IMG/VR virus record: IMGVR_UViG_3300033121_001676
Location: 1-64,000 of that record
Direction: 5' to 3' (one strand)
DNA: 64,000 nt
Source: a virus
Taxonomy: Duplodnaviria; Caudoviricetes
Both the position numbers and the translations under genes were made by a program. Positions 49,601-58,426 of this stretch are shown here, piece by piece. How positions within the stretch are numbered: position 1 is the first letter of the stretch; each line of letters opens with the position of its first letter. Below the pieces are notes generated by a model that was given only the letters and a program-made list of their open reading frames with translations, was not told where the DNA came from and searched no databases.

Positions 49601-49725
49601 GAAGTTTTGGTGTTGCTGATGATATTGTTCAAATGAATCTTATGAGGCTTGGTTCGACAGATACATTTGAATTTTCAGTTCTTGTTTATGGATTTGTGAT
49701 TCGTAGTGGAGTCAAATATACATAG
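43669..49725 (+). CDS. large tail tip/central fibre protein
   Basis: 2018 aa after the Dit-like gene; Gly/Thr-rich linker and coiled coil. Confidence 0.65.
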   Translation: MADPNILPEIRVDNEIDDEGGSFIEENLSIGTTPSTAKITIEGDDDLSVVSIDDPEHLSEGLAFEVEVTGVKISKTIYDNRQRAKRIIFTASFNSENSDRYMSLIDGKNYEDGHFQNMTYNDIIDYIVEKTRDFPGSELVLNTGNPKLNVYAGEFKFDNNDVVTAITQVLERAGNFSWWLKRNAGPPNTSVFTNEIEILDLGEPEQINIAVLGQNIYSADFTGSEDSYRPGVLVKDGDDDYGSKMQFGDPTDYGRTERGSETLNPLGPLVSRPIIRTDVPETIQFSAYDINAVDFGQGRRNLWTFPSSPNGSGDFLTQELQISVNKATAGTNRIGAIFEVPEVHTWPNAQPPIVDGRDFVKIERKLLTHPNVDLTIETYFSSHPTLSASETFHEKRITENGQVTNVISPGDQFATWKASKRIKGITDFIDQGKDSEFASYEFLQYDYLNNEGRDAKKVQLVLKPRPTWTSLPEYRIDFDRGYIFVPSSLFYLLGNWSPITVIKFTNDPDEAAGASTTTPKVVLQAKFEDALQNSAVRIIGVLSRPHRVAKKGDAPYAVIRKGDYKSTNVPFNAAGIQGFIRSDGPFNDFERMEHVAEALYQQNLNKTGARGRITIYPGDQSVFPGRGTNGGVIINVKHTYVPYFKTDISLTDDRKYYDLSDLAYKRELNQNKHIVDLNNQSIRTYLSRTGAGGSSGSSGAASLVPPHTHSDQFSGGTRLGDIIVNSITIEGDSKKGNESEPAINFNAGGEQGTLDVVFDPDKGKFVSQTSLFIDKRPDNQRVPNAKSNESTQFTDVNRAQARAPSSGYLHNLFDIGLVGTEISRVCLNIVPKPFEPLNEYSSQQANLRNYGGDRLFITDSQDRAGYLGTYTSNPVHLISRFSSGDTTGNSERWIRNSNTTPISMIGVAKPAYSRSTRVDENFFNNDVEVFGFASMIMDQSSGTTPAFKVDLDKQQSGNQKTTVDAGDPAIRYEAAKGSGYWLGYHWSDQQPTNLIELLSLRPLTSGTVTTKGIYRYGYYFNDGDDSKYGFGQQIGGVRSVTAEKTGSLVGALSKTETIARSNGTVHQLVVADGLKGYAAIGLNAIGNARDLDSGFNQSLGTTGNDNSRKGASLGLESGILSGKQYGFAYLFASGDTPKDAATGTENAYSGSYGVPVSAIAANPEEKNVTGIRVNHYSSSGGIQASGTSGQSGGGGQGSSTFPNNILFHINSPNKNTLFYFGPDGMKGVWDGYQNGSARVGFAAGLQFGFGGGWWWGNYVFGNQTGQNQSSLFPFTHTFFEGGASSLKLTMTDSTMFPISSLNIDLSQNFPSGNNSNINSVYNYTYGTRPGSGSAPPLPNGVAALLSMLVDAVLSLMHDLQSLSQVVDNILHEIDSIWKKIKEIQAEQKKNRKVIINILIIIIIVTKNKKKQEGEHPGIGGTTPGGTGTSTPQGGTTGQPGPGANWGNGSGGVNSSGPSTTGGVTGTPGWSTPSGPTSTTTGGAAGGGANAGGENHPGGGTNGKSNDNKNIHTGMTQGASAVTGNATQSAGSGKPANVAVLGLIGSNPVYTGRPTKDPILTPSDNSEYRQTNPLSIPIGETYNPETLNPDTYLVGIPEVSKSSAATLWRIGGGGGLPNASTGPTTNPVAPVTKPGDPGWQPDQDIRSILQLASRTPTVDLDAAGRWTIVGGDQIFPTMYDAGGRIAISDDVNARVNIGGLIGTNLGVLKTLAGIEARPELIVSKRSFGLVVTDGASNKFISNNFGAYQAAAHSDGSGYYITNPSETPIFGGVIGTMMNRINRYDSRTSPTNTGLFVSASGSVINANSSIEESIIAIDSCISFVDPNSHYQSANNSVQQNLEEIGFVVAEHTSKWPNIPFNPTSGLDPGDYSRILSFDTTLNMNVVELGTGIDSYLGYLTAKIPAWYKANGSTAFTIDLYYTITSSKSSTERFTIQVSYNSFDEAGADYGSVSTQTFDQNVTASETPYIPKKMTMNITTGSFGVADDIVQMNLMRLGSTDTFEFSVLVYGFVIRSGVKYT

Positions 49726-49737
49726 CAAGTATAATGA

Positions 49738-50310
49738 TTGAGGAAACAAATGATCAAAAAGATTGAAGAGAGAATCAAAAAGAAGCAAGAAGAGAGAGCG
49801 AAGCTTATTGAAGAAGCAAACTTGCTTCATTCTAGAATGCAAGAAATGCAATCAAGATTGGGTAGTTTGAACAACTCAATCATTGCTTTGAATGGTGCAT
49901 TAACTGAACTTGCTGAAGTTCATATCGAATTATCAAGGGGTGGCAGCCCACAGACCGTCAGAAGTGATGGTCCTGCATTAACGCCTTCACCAAAGAAGAA
50001 GGATGAAAACGTTACTCGAGTTGTTGAACAAAGTGTTGATGACAAGAAAAAGAAGAATGATGAATATCAAAAAATGATTAAAGATGCGAGAGAAGCTGTA
50101 TTGGCAGAGAGAAGTAAAACTGTAAAAACAACATTGACTGCTGATCAAGTTAGGAAACAACTTGAAGATGAAACTGATGAACAAGAACTTCCAGTAGAAC
50201 AAGAATTTCCAGTAGAAGGAAACGCATCACCTGTCGGGATGCGTGATCCAAAAAATCGTATCGTCGTCAATGAAAATCCGTCGTCGAATAGAAATGAGGA
50301 GGAGGACTAA
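49738..50310 (+). CDS. coiled-coil hypothetical protein
   Basis: Heptad-rich N-terminus. Confidence 0.6.
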   Translation: MRKQMIKKIEERIKKKQEERAKLIEEANLLHSRMQEMQSRLGSLNNSIIALNGALTELAEVHIELSRGGSPQTVRSDGPALTPSPKKKDENVTRVVEQSVDDKKKKNDEYQKMIKDAREAVLAERSKTVKTTLTADQVRKQLEDETDEQELPVEQEFPVEGNASPVGMRDPKNRIVVNENPSSNRNEEED

Positions 50311-50684
50311 TGTATCTTGGGGCATTTGATCTCAGTGACTTCTATCCAGTTATTGCAACTGCACTGACCGCTCTTCTTGCAATTGGAATGAAGTGGGTTT
50401 CTGCACAGGCTTGGGCAAGCCAGGGTGTTCGTGATTTCGGTGTTTACATTGAAGGATTTGGCAATAGAGCAAAGGACAAGTTCCTTGCTGAAACCATCGC
50501 ATCCAAGACACCTGATAGTGATGGTGGTGTGACAATTACCCATGCAGAATATTCCAAGATTCGTCAAGATATGTATGATCTTTTGATGTCTGAAATCAAA
50601 GGACCAGCAAAGGATTATGCTATCAAGCTCGGTGCAAACGTCATCAAGGGTCTCATTGGCAAGTACCTCAAGATCGATGTCTGA
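50310..50684 (+). CDS. single-TM protein, holin-like
   Basis: N-terminal TM followed by amphipathic helices; GAGGAGG RBS. Confidence 0.5.
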   Translation: MYLGAFDLSDFYPVIATALTALLAIGMKWVSAQAWASQGVRDFGVYIEGFGNRAKDKFLAETIASKTPDSDGGVTITHAEYSKIRQDMYDLLMSEIKGPAKDYAIKLGANVIKGLIGKYLKIDV

Positions 50685-50700
50685 AAGGAAAGGAAATCAA

Positions 50701-50919
50701 ATGCCAAATCTTTTCACGTTTGCCGATGCTGTTCAAGCAAAAGGTGAATTCAAGAGATATTCTGGTCCAGGATGCACTGTATTCATTTACAAATACATCA
50801 ATGCTGACCGTCCTGCAGACTGGAGGGCAATGATTCTTACAGAAGATAAGATTACTGAAATTACTGAAGACAGTGAATTAGACTTGATGAGTGCAGTCAC
50901 AGAAAATCTGAAGCAGTGA
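50701..50919 (+). CDS. hypothetical protein
   Basis: AAGGA RBS before MPNLF. Confidence 0.55.
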   Translation: MPNLFTFADAVQAKGEFKRYSGPGCTVFIYKYINADRPADWRAMILTEDKITEITEDSELDLMSAVTENLKQ

Positions 50920-51017
50920 TATGGGATTTCTAATAAGCTTCTTTTCTGATCTTTTAGCAAAAATCCTCCCAGGTTTGCTGAAAGATCTCTTTGGACCAAA
51001 AATCACAAAGGTTGATT

Positions 51018-51347
51018 ATGGCAAGAGCAACTTGGGTCAAATTTCTAATCCTACCAGTGATGATGATTTCAGTTCTCACTTTGGTGGGGTGCGGATCGAC
51101 GAACGCGAATAAGGTTTGCTACGGCGGATTTATTCGCAGTGCTGTTGAGACCCAAGGTGCTTTGCGCCTCGCGCAGGACCAAGTAACTGTTGTTGTTGAT
51201 GGCAAAGATGAAACTGCCGTATTGTATACTACAGGCAACTACTTCGTAGTATTTGCAGAAGATCTTATTGCGGCAGTCAAAGCAATGAAAGAAAATATTG
51301 AACTGCGTGCAAAGATCAAAGAGTTAGAGAAAAACAATGGAAATTGA
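51018..51347 (+). CDS. lipoprotein, o-spanin-like candidate
   Basis: Lipobox LVG/C after a hydrophobic signal; overlaps the small ORF 50921-51112 in another frame. Confidence 0.5.
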   Translation: MARATWVKFLILPVMMISVLTLVGCGSTNANKVCYGGFIRSAVETQGALRLAQDQVTVVVDGKDETAVLYTTGNYFVVFAEDLIAAVKAMKENIELRAKIKELEKNNGN

Positions 51348-51600
51348 TGAACGTTTGAAGTGCATGTTTTTGAGAATCAGTGATGCACTTGGCTTTTCAT
51401 ACTGCGGTCCTGATTGCAGTCCGTTTATTTTAGTGAAGGATTGTGATGGAAAAGCACTTGAAAATATTTTGCCTGGAGTAACATTTGCAGAAGCACAAGA
51501 AGCTGTAATCAAAATTGCTAAAGCTGCAACTGATCCAAAAATTGAATTCATTAGAAAAGTTGGTTTAAGTATTATCGAAGCTTCCAAAAGCTTGTCATAA
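51337..51600 (+). CDS. hypothetical protein
   Basis: Overlapping operon gene. Confidence 0.5.
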   Translation: MEIDERLKCMFLRISDALGFSYCGPDCSPFILVKDCDGKALENILPGVTFAEAQEAVIKIAKAATDPKIEFIRKVGLSIIEASKSLS

Positions 51601-51621
51601 CATTACTTGTAGGTATATGCC

Positions 51622-51650
51622 ACTAAGGCTAACTATATGTTAGCCTTAGT
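51622..51650. promoter_or_regulatory. perfect 12-bp inverted repeat before the helicase
   Basis: ACTAAGGCTAAC-TATAT-GTTAGCCTTAGT. Confidence 0.6.
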
Positions 51651-51656
51651 TTGTTT

Positions 51657-53552
51657 ATGAAAGAAACAGACCTCATCTACTCAAACGTTATTGCTCTCAA
51701 TAAGAAACAATTTGAACCGAGAGAACTTGATGGAATAAGATCACGTTTTACACATTCAAATCCAAATTATGTCATTCTTAAAGCTAACCACGTTGAACCT
51801 GATGCACAAACTCCACCAATTATCAAAACATTTTTTGAAAATGAATCACATTTGGCTGTTCCTCGCGGTGCTGCTGATTGGCTTAGAATGTATTTGATGG
51901 AAAAAGATAGAGTCATTAGAATTATTGATAAAAGAGTTGAAAAGCCTAAGATTGATTTCGATTTTAACTTTGGAGCAAAATGTGCGAATGGAAAAACATT
52001 TGATTCTCTATATGATTATCAAGAAGCTGCGATTCAATACTTAGTCAAAAATCAACAAGGCATTTTTCAAGCTGATTGCGGTGGTGGAAAGACACTCGTT
52101 GGTATTGGTTTGATTGATAGAATTAAACAGCCGACAATCATTGTTGTTCACACTGGCGATCTTGGCAAGCAATGGCTGCAAGAGATAGGCGAGAAGACAC
52201 ATTACGCTGCTGGTGTTGGTATGGTAGGGCTTGGCAATTGGGACTTACGACCGGTTACGATAAGCACCGTCCAAACCATTTGGCGTATGCAAGTGCCGCA
52301 ACGTATGGACTTTTTGTCCAACTTCGGCTGTATTATCATGGACGAATGTTTTACGCCGAACAGTAGAGTTTGGCGTTCAAACAAGTTTTGTCCTGCAAGC
52401 TGTTGGACTGAATTCAGGGATATCGTTGCTGGTAGAGCTAAGCTTGATCAAGTTATCACTTACAATTTTGAAACTGGTCAAAATGAAAGGAAGAAAGTCA
52501 ATAGATTAATTGTCACACCAAAGTTTGGAACAAAAGATAATTACATAATAATCAATGAAGATTTCATGTATTTCACATGCACGCAAGGTCAAGAAATATT
52601 TGTGATGGATAGAGGTTGGGTTAAGGCAAAAGATATCAAAGTTGGAATGCTGCTTGCATATTCACAAAAACCATACACGATGCCTGTTATAAGTGTTCGT
52701 GAATTGAATAAGAATGATAATAGACATAGACTTGATAGAACATATGTTTGTGATTTAGATGTTGCTGATAATCACAACTACTATGTTGAAGGAATACTTG
52801 TCAAAAATTGCCATCATGTTCCTGCTAAAAGCTTTGCGGAGTGCTTAAATTACTCAGGTGCAAAGTTTAGATTTGGTCTTACAGCGACTCCAAAAAGGTC
52901 TGATGGCCTTGAACATATGATGTATGATTTGATCAGCAACAGAACTTTTGTTGCTGATCCTGAACTTGTCACAGGATCAAACGTCCGTAGTCAATTGCCA
53001 ACTGTCCATATAATACCTACAGGCTATGTGGATTTGAATAGATATGGTATGAAGATGAAACAGGCAATGTTGACTAAACTTTCAAAGAATGATCAAAGAA
53101 ATTCATTCATTGTCAATAGAATAGTTCAAGATTGGAATGATGGGTACTTCCCACTCATTATCTCAAAAAGAGTTGATCAATGTAAGCAAATGAAGTTTTG
53201 GCTTGAATCAAAAGGAATGAAAGTTGCCTTATTGATTGGTGAAGTTAACGCAGCAACACGAAAAGATTTCATCAACCAATGCAGATCAAAACTTATTGAT
53301 GCTGTTGTTGGAACAACTGTTGCTGATGAGGGTTTAGATATACCACAACTTGATTGCCTTCATATCATTACACCACACTCAAATGAATCGAGATTAAAAC
53401 AGCAATCAGGAAGGATACAGAGGTTTTGTGATGGTAAGAAAGAACCTGTGATTAGAGATTATGTAGATACTGGAACAGAATTTAGTAGCACTCTCAGGAA
53501 AAGACTGTCATACTACAAGAAATGGGGATATAGGATCATAGAGGTAAAGTAA
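51657..53552 (+). CDS. SF2 (DExH, UvsW/XPB-like) helicase containing a mini-intein
   Basis: DYQ, CGGGKT, DE[intein]CHH, GLTATP.RSDG, DEGLDIP.LD, QQSGRIQR. Confidence 0.9.
   Translation: MKETDLIYSNVIALNKKQFEPRELDGIRSRFTHSNPNYVILKANHVEPDAQTPPIIKTFFENESHLAVPRGAADWLRMYLMEKDRVIRIIDKRVEKPKIDFDFNFGAKCANGKTFDSLYDYQEAAIQYLVKNQQGIFQADCGGGKTLVGIGLIDRIKQPTIIVVHTGDLGKQWLQEIGEKTHYAAGVGMVGLGNWDLRPVTISTVQTIWRMQVPQRMDFLSNFGCIIMDECFTPNSRVWRSNKFCPASCWTEFRDIVAGRAKLDQVITYNFETGQNERKKVNRLIVTPKFGTKDNYIIINEDFMYFTCTQGQEIFVMDRGWVKAKDIKVGMLLAYSQKPYTMPVISVRELNKNDNRHRLDRTYVCDLDVADNHNYYVEGILVKNCHHVPAKSFAECLNYSGAKFRFGLTATPKRSDGLEHMMYDLISNRTFVADPELVTGSNVRSQLPTVHIIPTGYVDLNRYGMKMKQAMLTKLSKNDQRNSFIVNRIVQDWNDGYFPLIISKRVDQCKQMKFWLESKGMKVALLIGEVNAATRKDFINQCRSKLIDAVVGTTVADEGLDIPQLDCLHIITPHSNESRLKQQSGRIQRFCDGKKEPVIRDYVDTGTEFSSTLRKRLSYYKKWGYRIIEVK
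52347..52808 (+). mobile_element. mini-intein (154 aa, no homing endonuclease)
   Basis: Starts CFTPNSRV; contains GWVKAKDIKVG; ends VCDLDVADNHNYYVEGILVKN before the +1 Cys. Confidence 0.88.
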
Positions 53553-53792
53553 ATGAATGATAATGATGATCCTGTTATTGAGAATGGAAACAATCAATTC
53601 TATTACCCACAATTGATCTACGAATTCTCAGTTAGAAAATTCAGTAGTGCTGAAGAACTTGAAAAGGAATTGGATTCATTAAGCTTAGCTTTCTATGAAA
53701 TTTCAACAATTCAAATTCAAAATGATTGTTCAGGTCTAATTATTGCAAGGAGGATGAAGAACTTCAAACACAGGATGATTGAAGAATTATGA
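53553..53792 (+). CDS. hypothetical protein
   Basis: GAGG RBS; directly follows the helicase. Confidence 0.5.
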   Translation: MNDNDDPVIENGNNQFYYPQLIYEFSVRKFSSAEELEKELDSLSLAFYEISTIQIQNDCSGLIIARRMKNFKHRMIEEL

Positions 53793-53794
53793 GA

Positions 53795-54186
53795 AACTCA
53801 GTCTGTATTTCACTGTCGCCTTGGTACGTCGACGACTCACGATTAATCTTGTTTCTCATTGTTTTACTTCTCACTTTCGATTACTCAGTTTCGTTTTCAC
53901 TTCTGTTCGATTACTCAGTTTCGTTGTTTGTTGGAAACTGCTTAGCAACGACTTTCCCCCTGATCTTAACCAGCTTCGCCTTACCAACGAGTGAACGGCT
54001 TTGAGTTCACTCGTTGGTACTACAACAGTCGAAGACTGTTGTAGTTGTTTCTATCGACTTACATTGACTTCTTCGTGCCCACCATGATCGGTAATACGGA
54101 AAATTTCGAAATGAACTTAAAAGAATAGGCATGTATTTCAAACTTAACACAAAATTAACATTCGCCTTAGCCTGAGAAAACTTTTA
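53795..54186. other. putative replication origin (direct repeats, two hairpins, AT-rich tract)
   Basis: TTCGATTACTCAGTTTCGTT x2; 15-bp IR 53982-54019; 12-bp IR with GAA loop 54019-54045; upstream of replication genes. Confidence 0.5.
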
Positions 54187-54717
54187 ATGAAAATGCAGAT
54201 ACATAGAGAAGGTAAGTTATTGCTTCACTTTGAATTAAAAGATGGTGACACTATTGTTTGTGTTGATGGTAAGAACAAAGTTTCTAAGCTATGGCCTGAT
54301 GATAATGTGAATTTTGTGAAAACAGAACTTACTGAAAACGAACAGATTGAACGTATGCTTGAAAAGTTCTATGATTCAATACCAACATCATTGAGATTAA
54401 TGTTGAACAATTTTGTTGAATCAATTTTAATCAAAAAACCAAGAGACAAATACTATTACTTCGCAACCATTGACCCTGAGTTTTCTGTTTATTGCGTAAA
54501 GAATCATGAAACAATTGAAGAAGCTATTAGAAAAGTTTTGAATACATCTGAATACAAAAATCTATTTAGTCCATTAGGTGTTGTGATTGATAAGAAGAAT
54601 GCTTGTGAAGTATTGAAGAATAAGTTGGTGTTGTATATTAACAACGCTATAGGTGTTGCAAGATCAAAGGGTAACAAACCAATGCAACAACCAAAGACAT
54701 ATGATTATACAAGTTGA
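54187..54717 (+). CDS. hypothetical protein, possible replication initiator
   Basis: Immediately upstream of the DnaC-like and DnaB genes. Confidence 0.5.
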   Translation: MKMQIHREGKLLLHFELKDGDTIVCVDGKNKVSKLWPDDNVNFVKTELTENEQIERMLEKFYDSIPTSLRLMLNNFVESILIKKPRDKYYYFATIDPEFSVYCVKNHETIEEAIRKVLNTSEYKNLFSPLGVVIDKKNACEVLKNKLVLYINNAIGVARSKGNKPMQQPKTYDYTS

Positions 54718-55468
54718 CCAAAATCTAATCATTCACTTGCGAAAGCAACGTGAAAAAGATGTTTCATTGTATTGTTCTAAATGTGATCATACTGGCAAAA
54801 TCTATTACATCAATACTGACAATGAAGCTGACTACAGTTATTGTGAATGTTTTAAGAAAAGAACAAATGAGAATAATTACCCAAAACTTTTGAAAGATAG
54901 TCGATTACCAACAATGTCAAATGGTTTTGAACTGAAGGACTATAAGAATACAGGAGTTACAAAAGAAGATATTGATCTTGATAACAAAAGCATTCAAAGA
55001 ATGATTGAAATATCAAATGATTCACAAAGTTTTGTTGATCAAGGTAGAAACATATACATTCAAGGACAAAGAGGTACTGGTAAGACAATCATTGCATGTG
55101 CTCTTGCTAAACAATTGATGAAAAATGGTAACCATTGTGCATATGTTGAGTTTCCTATTATCTGTGATCAACTATTGAAGTCTGATATAACTGAAGAAGA
55201 TAGGGATTGGTTTGATTATGTCAGATGGTGTAGGTTGTTGATACTTGATAATATTGATTCATTTCAAGTTAAGAGCCATTTCCATGCAACTCTATTTGAA
55301 AGAATTGTTAGGCCAAGAGTTCAAAACAATCAATCATGTTGTTACATTGCAGTCAAACCTTTTAAGACAATAAATGAAGACCTAAGTTATGGTTGCCAGA
55401 GTTTGATATCTGAAAGATTAGAAGCTTTGACTTTTGTTGGTCAAGATTTTAGGTCTAGAAAACAATGA
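54701..55468 (+). CDS. DnaC/IstB-like helicase loader ATPase
   Basis: CSKC..CEC Zn site, GQRGTGKT, LLILDNI, SLISERL. Confidence 0.8.
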   Translation: MIIQVDQNLIIHLRKQREKDVSLYCSKCDHTGKIYYINTDNEADYSYCECFKKRTNENNYPKLLKDSRLPTMSNGFELKDYKNTGVTKEDIDLDNKSIQRMIEISNDSQSFVDQGRNIYIQGQRGTGKTIIACALAKQLMKNGNHCAYVEFPIICDQLLKSDITEEDRDWFDYVRWCRLLILDNIDSFQVKSHFHATLFERIVRPRVQNNQSCCYIAVKPFKTINEDLSYGCQSLISERLEALTFVGQDFRSRKQ

Positions 55469-56841
55469 GTGATGTTTTAGAAAACTTTCCTGTTGACATT
55501 CACAATGAACAGGTCATATTAGGTCAAGCACTTAAGTTCCCTGAAATGTGTGATATGTTTCTTTCACATGTCACTTGGGAAAATTTTCTAGAGAAGAAGC
55601 ATAGAGCTATGGCATGGTGCATCATTACGATGGTGCAACGTCAAATGGCTCTTGATAATGATAGTTTCATACTTGTAATCAATGAATTTCCAATTTCAGA
55701 ATACAAGAGTTATGGTGGCAATACGTATCTTGAAAAAGTAAAATCACTCTGTTTAACGCCGAATCAAAACTATGTTGCTCATTTGACAAAACTGAAAAAT
55801 GATTATATCAAATCAACAATTGCAAGAGATGCAACTATACGATTGATGCAAAAGATTAATGATCCACACGCAAGTATTTCTGAAATTGTTGCAAGTGTTG
55901 ATATAATCAAATCATCAGTTGAAGAAAATAGACCAGTTGAAATTGATTTTTACTATGGAGAAAGACTTCATACACATTACATGAATGTGTTGAGAGAAAG
56001 GGTTACGAAATCAAAGTTTGTGACTACTGGTTTTGATGATTTAGATGAAGACTTGAGTGAGGCTTTCGCGCCATGTAATGTCAGTGTCATTGCTGGTTAT
56101 ACAGGAATGTCAAAGAGTGCATTTGTTCAAAATGCAATGATTAGACAAGCTGGTGCAGGATTTCGTACAGGTATTGCTTCTCTTGAGATGGTTTTATCTT
56201 CTGTGCTTGATAGACAAGTTTCTATCATGACACAAATACCTTCAAATAGCATTATCAAGAGAACTGCTGATCTTACGCATGAAGAGAAGTTACTTATTGC
56301 TCAAGTTATGAACGGAATTAAAGAATCTGAAATGATTTTTATCAATGATAAAGCAACATTGAATCTTGAACAAATTGATACACAGCTTACATTATTGAAT
56401 AGAATCGGGAAGCCATTAAACATCTTGTATATTGATCTATTTGGAAAACTTGATGATGTTAGTGTTGAATCAAATCTTGCATCTAATATTGAACACAAGT
56501 TACGTTTGACGAGAGCGATGGCAAGAAAACATAACATTCACATCTGTTGTGTTGTTCAGATTAGAAGGTACTTTGATTTGAACACAATTCGTCCAAATAA
56601 ACCGATTCCAAAACCGAAACTTGATAAGATCAAGAATAGCAATGCTTTTGCAGAAGAAGCTGATCTTGTTTTATTGCTTCACCGTGATAAATACTACAAG
56701 CCTGAATTGACAAATGATATAATTGAGATTGAAATCGCAAAACAACGTCAAGGATCGATGGGAATAGTTAAGTATTTTGAATTTGAAAGTGAATGCACAA
56801 GGATTAAGCCAACTTCATTGAGACCTGTAATTTTTGCGTAG
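55465..56841 (+). CDS. dnaB: replicative DNA helicase DnaB-like
   Basis: P.DI.NEQ.ILG, TGFDDLD, GMSKS, SLEM, EEADLVLLLHR, IAKQRQG. Confidence 0.9.
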   Translation: MSDVLENFPVDIHNEQVILGQALKFPEMCDMFLSHVTWENFLEKKHRAMAWCIITMVQRQMALDNDSFILVINEFPISEYKSYGGNTYLEKVKSLCLTPNQNYVAHLTKLKNDYIKSTIARDATIRLMQKINDPHASISEIVASVDIIKSSVEENRPVEIDFYYGERLHTHYMNVLRERVTKSKFVTTGFDDLDEDLSEAFAPCNVSVIAGYTGMSKSAFVQNAMIRQAGAGFRTGIASLEMVLSSVLDRQVSIMTQIPSNSIIKRTADLTHEEKLLIAQVMNGIKESEMIFINDKATLNLEQIDTQLTLLNRIGKPLNILYIDLFGKLDDVSVESNLASNIEHKLRLTRAMARKHNIHICCVVQIRRYFDLNTIRPNKPIPKPKLDKIKNSNAFAEEADLVLLLHRDKYYKPELTNDIIEIEIAKQRQGSMGIVKYFEFESECTRIKPTSLRPVIFA

Positions 56842-56917
56842 AAACACCCGGTTTATTAGTTGTTGAAGTTTATCCGAAACTGTTACTTGTGTATAATGGT
56901 TTTGTGCAACGCAAGTA

Positions 56918-57268
56918 ATGGGGGGTGCCTTGGAAAAAACTAAAACGCCAAACACTTGGGAAGAACTCGCAGTAATTTTCAAAAGGAGCCCGGTAATTTC
57001 TGAATCAGAAATTTACCATTGCAACTATTGCAATAAGAGGCTTTATTGCAGCGATCTGTTTGGAATAAAAATCAATGAACCGTCAACTGGTAATTTGATT
57101 CAGAGACTCAACTATTGCAAATGTTGTGTAACACAAGAAGCGTACAACTTTGTCATTGAAAAAGGGATTGATACAAGGTCATTCACAAGGTTGCAATTCA
57201 ACTCCATTCAAAAGTCTTATTTCGATGGAACTTATGAACAGTGGAAGAAGAGAAACGCAAAAGGTTGA
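56918..57268 (+). CDS. Cys-rich hypothetical protein
   Basis: CNYC...CKCC. Confidence 0.55.
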   Translation: MGGALEKTKTPNTWEELAVIFKRSPVISESEIYHCNYCNKRLYCSDLFGIKINEPSTGNLIQRLNYCKCCVTQEAYNFVIEKGIDTRSFTRLQFNSIQKSYFDGTYEQWKKRNAKG

Positions 57269-58346
57269 TATTGAACTTCTTCTTAAAACAGTTGATGTAA
57301 AAAAGGTTCTTGATAATTTAGGTGTCAAATACAAGGCGCGTCGCAATGATACTGAATTGATGATTAAGTGTGTTAATCCAAATCACCAAGACAAGAGTGG
57401 TGATTCATTGCAGATGAATGCGCGTAATGATGATTATAATGGTGTCTATAAATGCAACCCTTGTGGAATAAAGGGTAACTTCATCAAGTTTTTACTTCTT
57501 GCAACAAAGAATAGTTTCAAAGAAATTGTTGAATATCTTGGTAACTTTGGAACATTGAATTATAGGTTGCAAATTGATGATGTTACAAGAGATCGTGAAT
57601 CAGCAATCGCTATTTCTGAAGAAAAGACTAATGAAGAATTGCCAGAAATCAAGATACAATATACGAGATGTAAATTGCAAGATAGTTGGGATGAATCAAA
57701 TCCAGCTCAGTGTTATTTGAAGAAAAGAAATATTGATCCATATGTTGCATTTTCACATGAGATTGGTTGGGCTGACTTTTTTGAATTCATGCCAGGAAGG
57801 CATGTTAAAGATTGCATTGTTTTTCCTATCAGGTATAAGGGTAGGCTTGTATCATATTTCCTGAGATCTTATTCAGGCCCATTCTATCACAAGGTTCATA
57901 AGTTATTCCCACCAAAGTCACCAGTATGGAAGTTCCCATACAATATTGATCAATGTAAGGATGAAAAGCCAATCATTGTTGTTGAAGGAATAATTGATTG
58001 TCTTGTTGTTAAATCCGCATTGTTGAAATCTGGTTTGGATTTTAATGTCATCGCTGCATACAGCAATAATCCAACCAAATCCCATATTCAAATTCTTCGC
58101 GAATCAGGTAAACAAATCATCTGCTTGCCTGATAGAGACAGTAGTGCAGGTGTTGTTCTTTGTGATACTATTCTTGAAGGTCTTATTCATACGAATCAAA
58201 TTGAAATAGCCTTGCTGCCTTGGGGATATGACCCTGGTGATTGTTCTTATGATACTATAAGACAGTCACTTATTTCGAGAACAAAATTGATTGATTACAT
58301 TACTTTGAATAGAATCAATTACGGATCAAATTACTTGTTTGGCTAA
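57234..58346 (+). CDS. dnaG: DNA primase (CHC2 Zn finger + TOPRIM)
   Basis: C.NP.H.D...CNPCG..GN, YL..R.I, IVFPI, VVEGIID, PDRD; start uncertain. Confidence 0.88.
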   Translation: MNSGRRETQKVDIELLLKTVDVKKVLDNLGVKYKARRNDTELMIKCVNPNHQDKSGDSLQMNARNDDYNGVYKCNPCGIKGNFIKFLLLATKNSFKEIVEYLGNFGTLNYRLQIDDVTRDRESAIAISEEKTNEELPEIKIQYTRCKLQDSWDESNPAQCYLKKRNIDPYVAFSHEIGWADFFEFMPGRHVKDCIVFPIRYKGRLVSYFLRSYSGPFYHKVHKLFPPKSPVWKFPYNIDQCKDEKPIIVVEGIIDCLVVKSALLKSGLDFNVIAAYSNNPTKSHIQILRESGKQIICLPDRDSSAGVVLCDTILEGLIHTNQIEIALLPWGYDPGDCSYDTIRQSLISRTKLIDYITLNRINYGSNYLFG

Positions 58347-58426
58347 TTTTTTTTTGCAAGAAAAGCGTGTCATACTTGTTTAGAGCAATTTTTTGCTAAC
58401 ATATTGCACAACGCACAGGGGGTATT

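Noticed and set aside
43669-49725. Diversity-generating retroelement target in the tail protein
   Set aside because: No reverse transcriptase and no template/variable repeat pair seen in the window.
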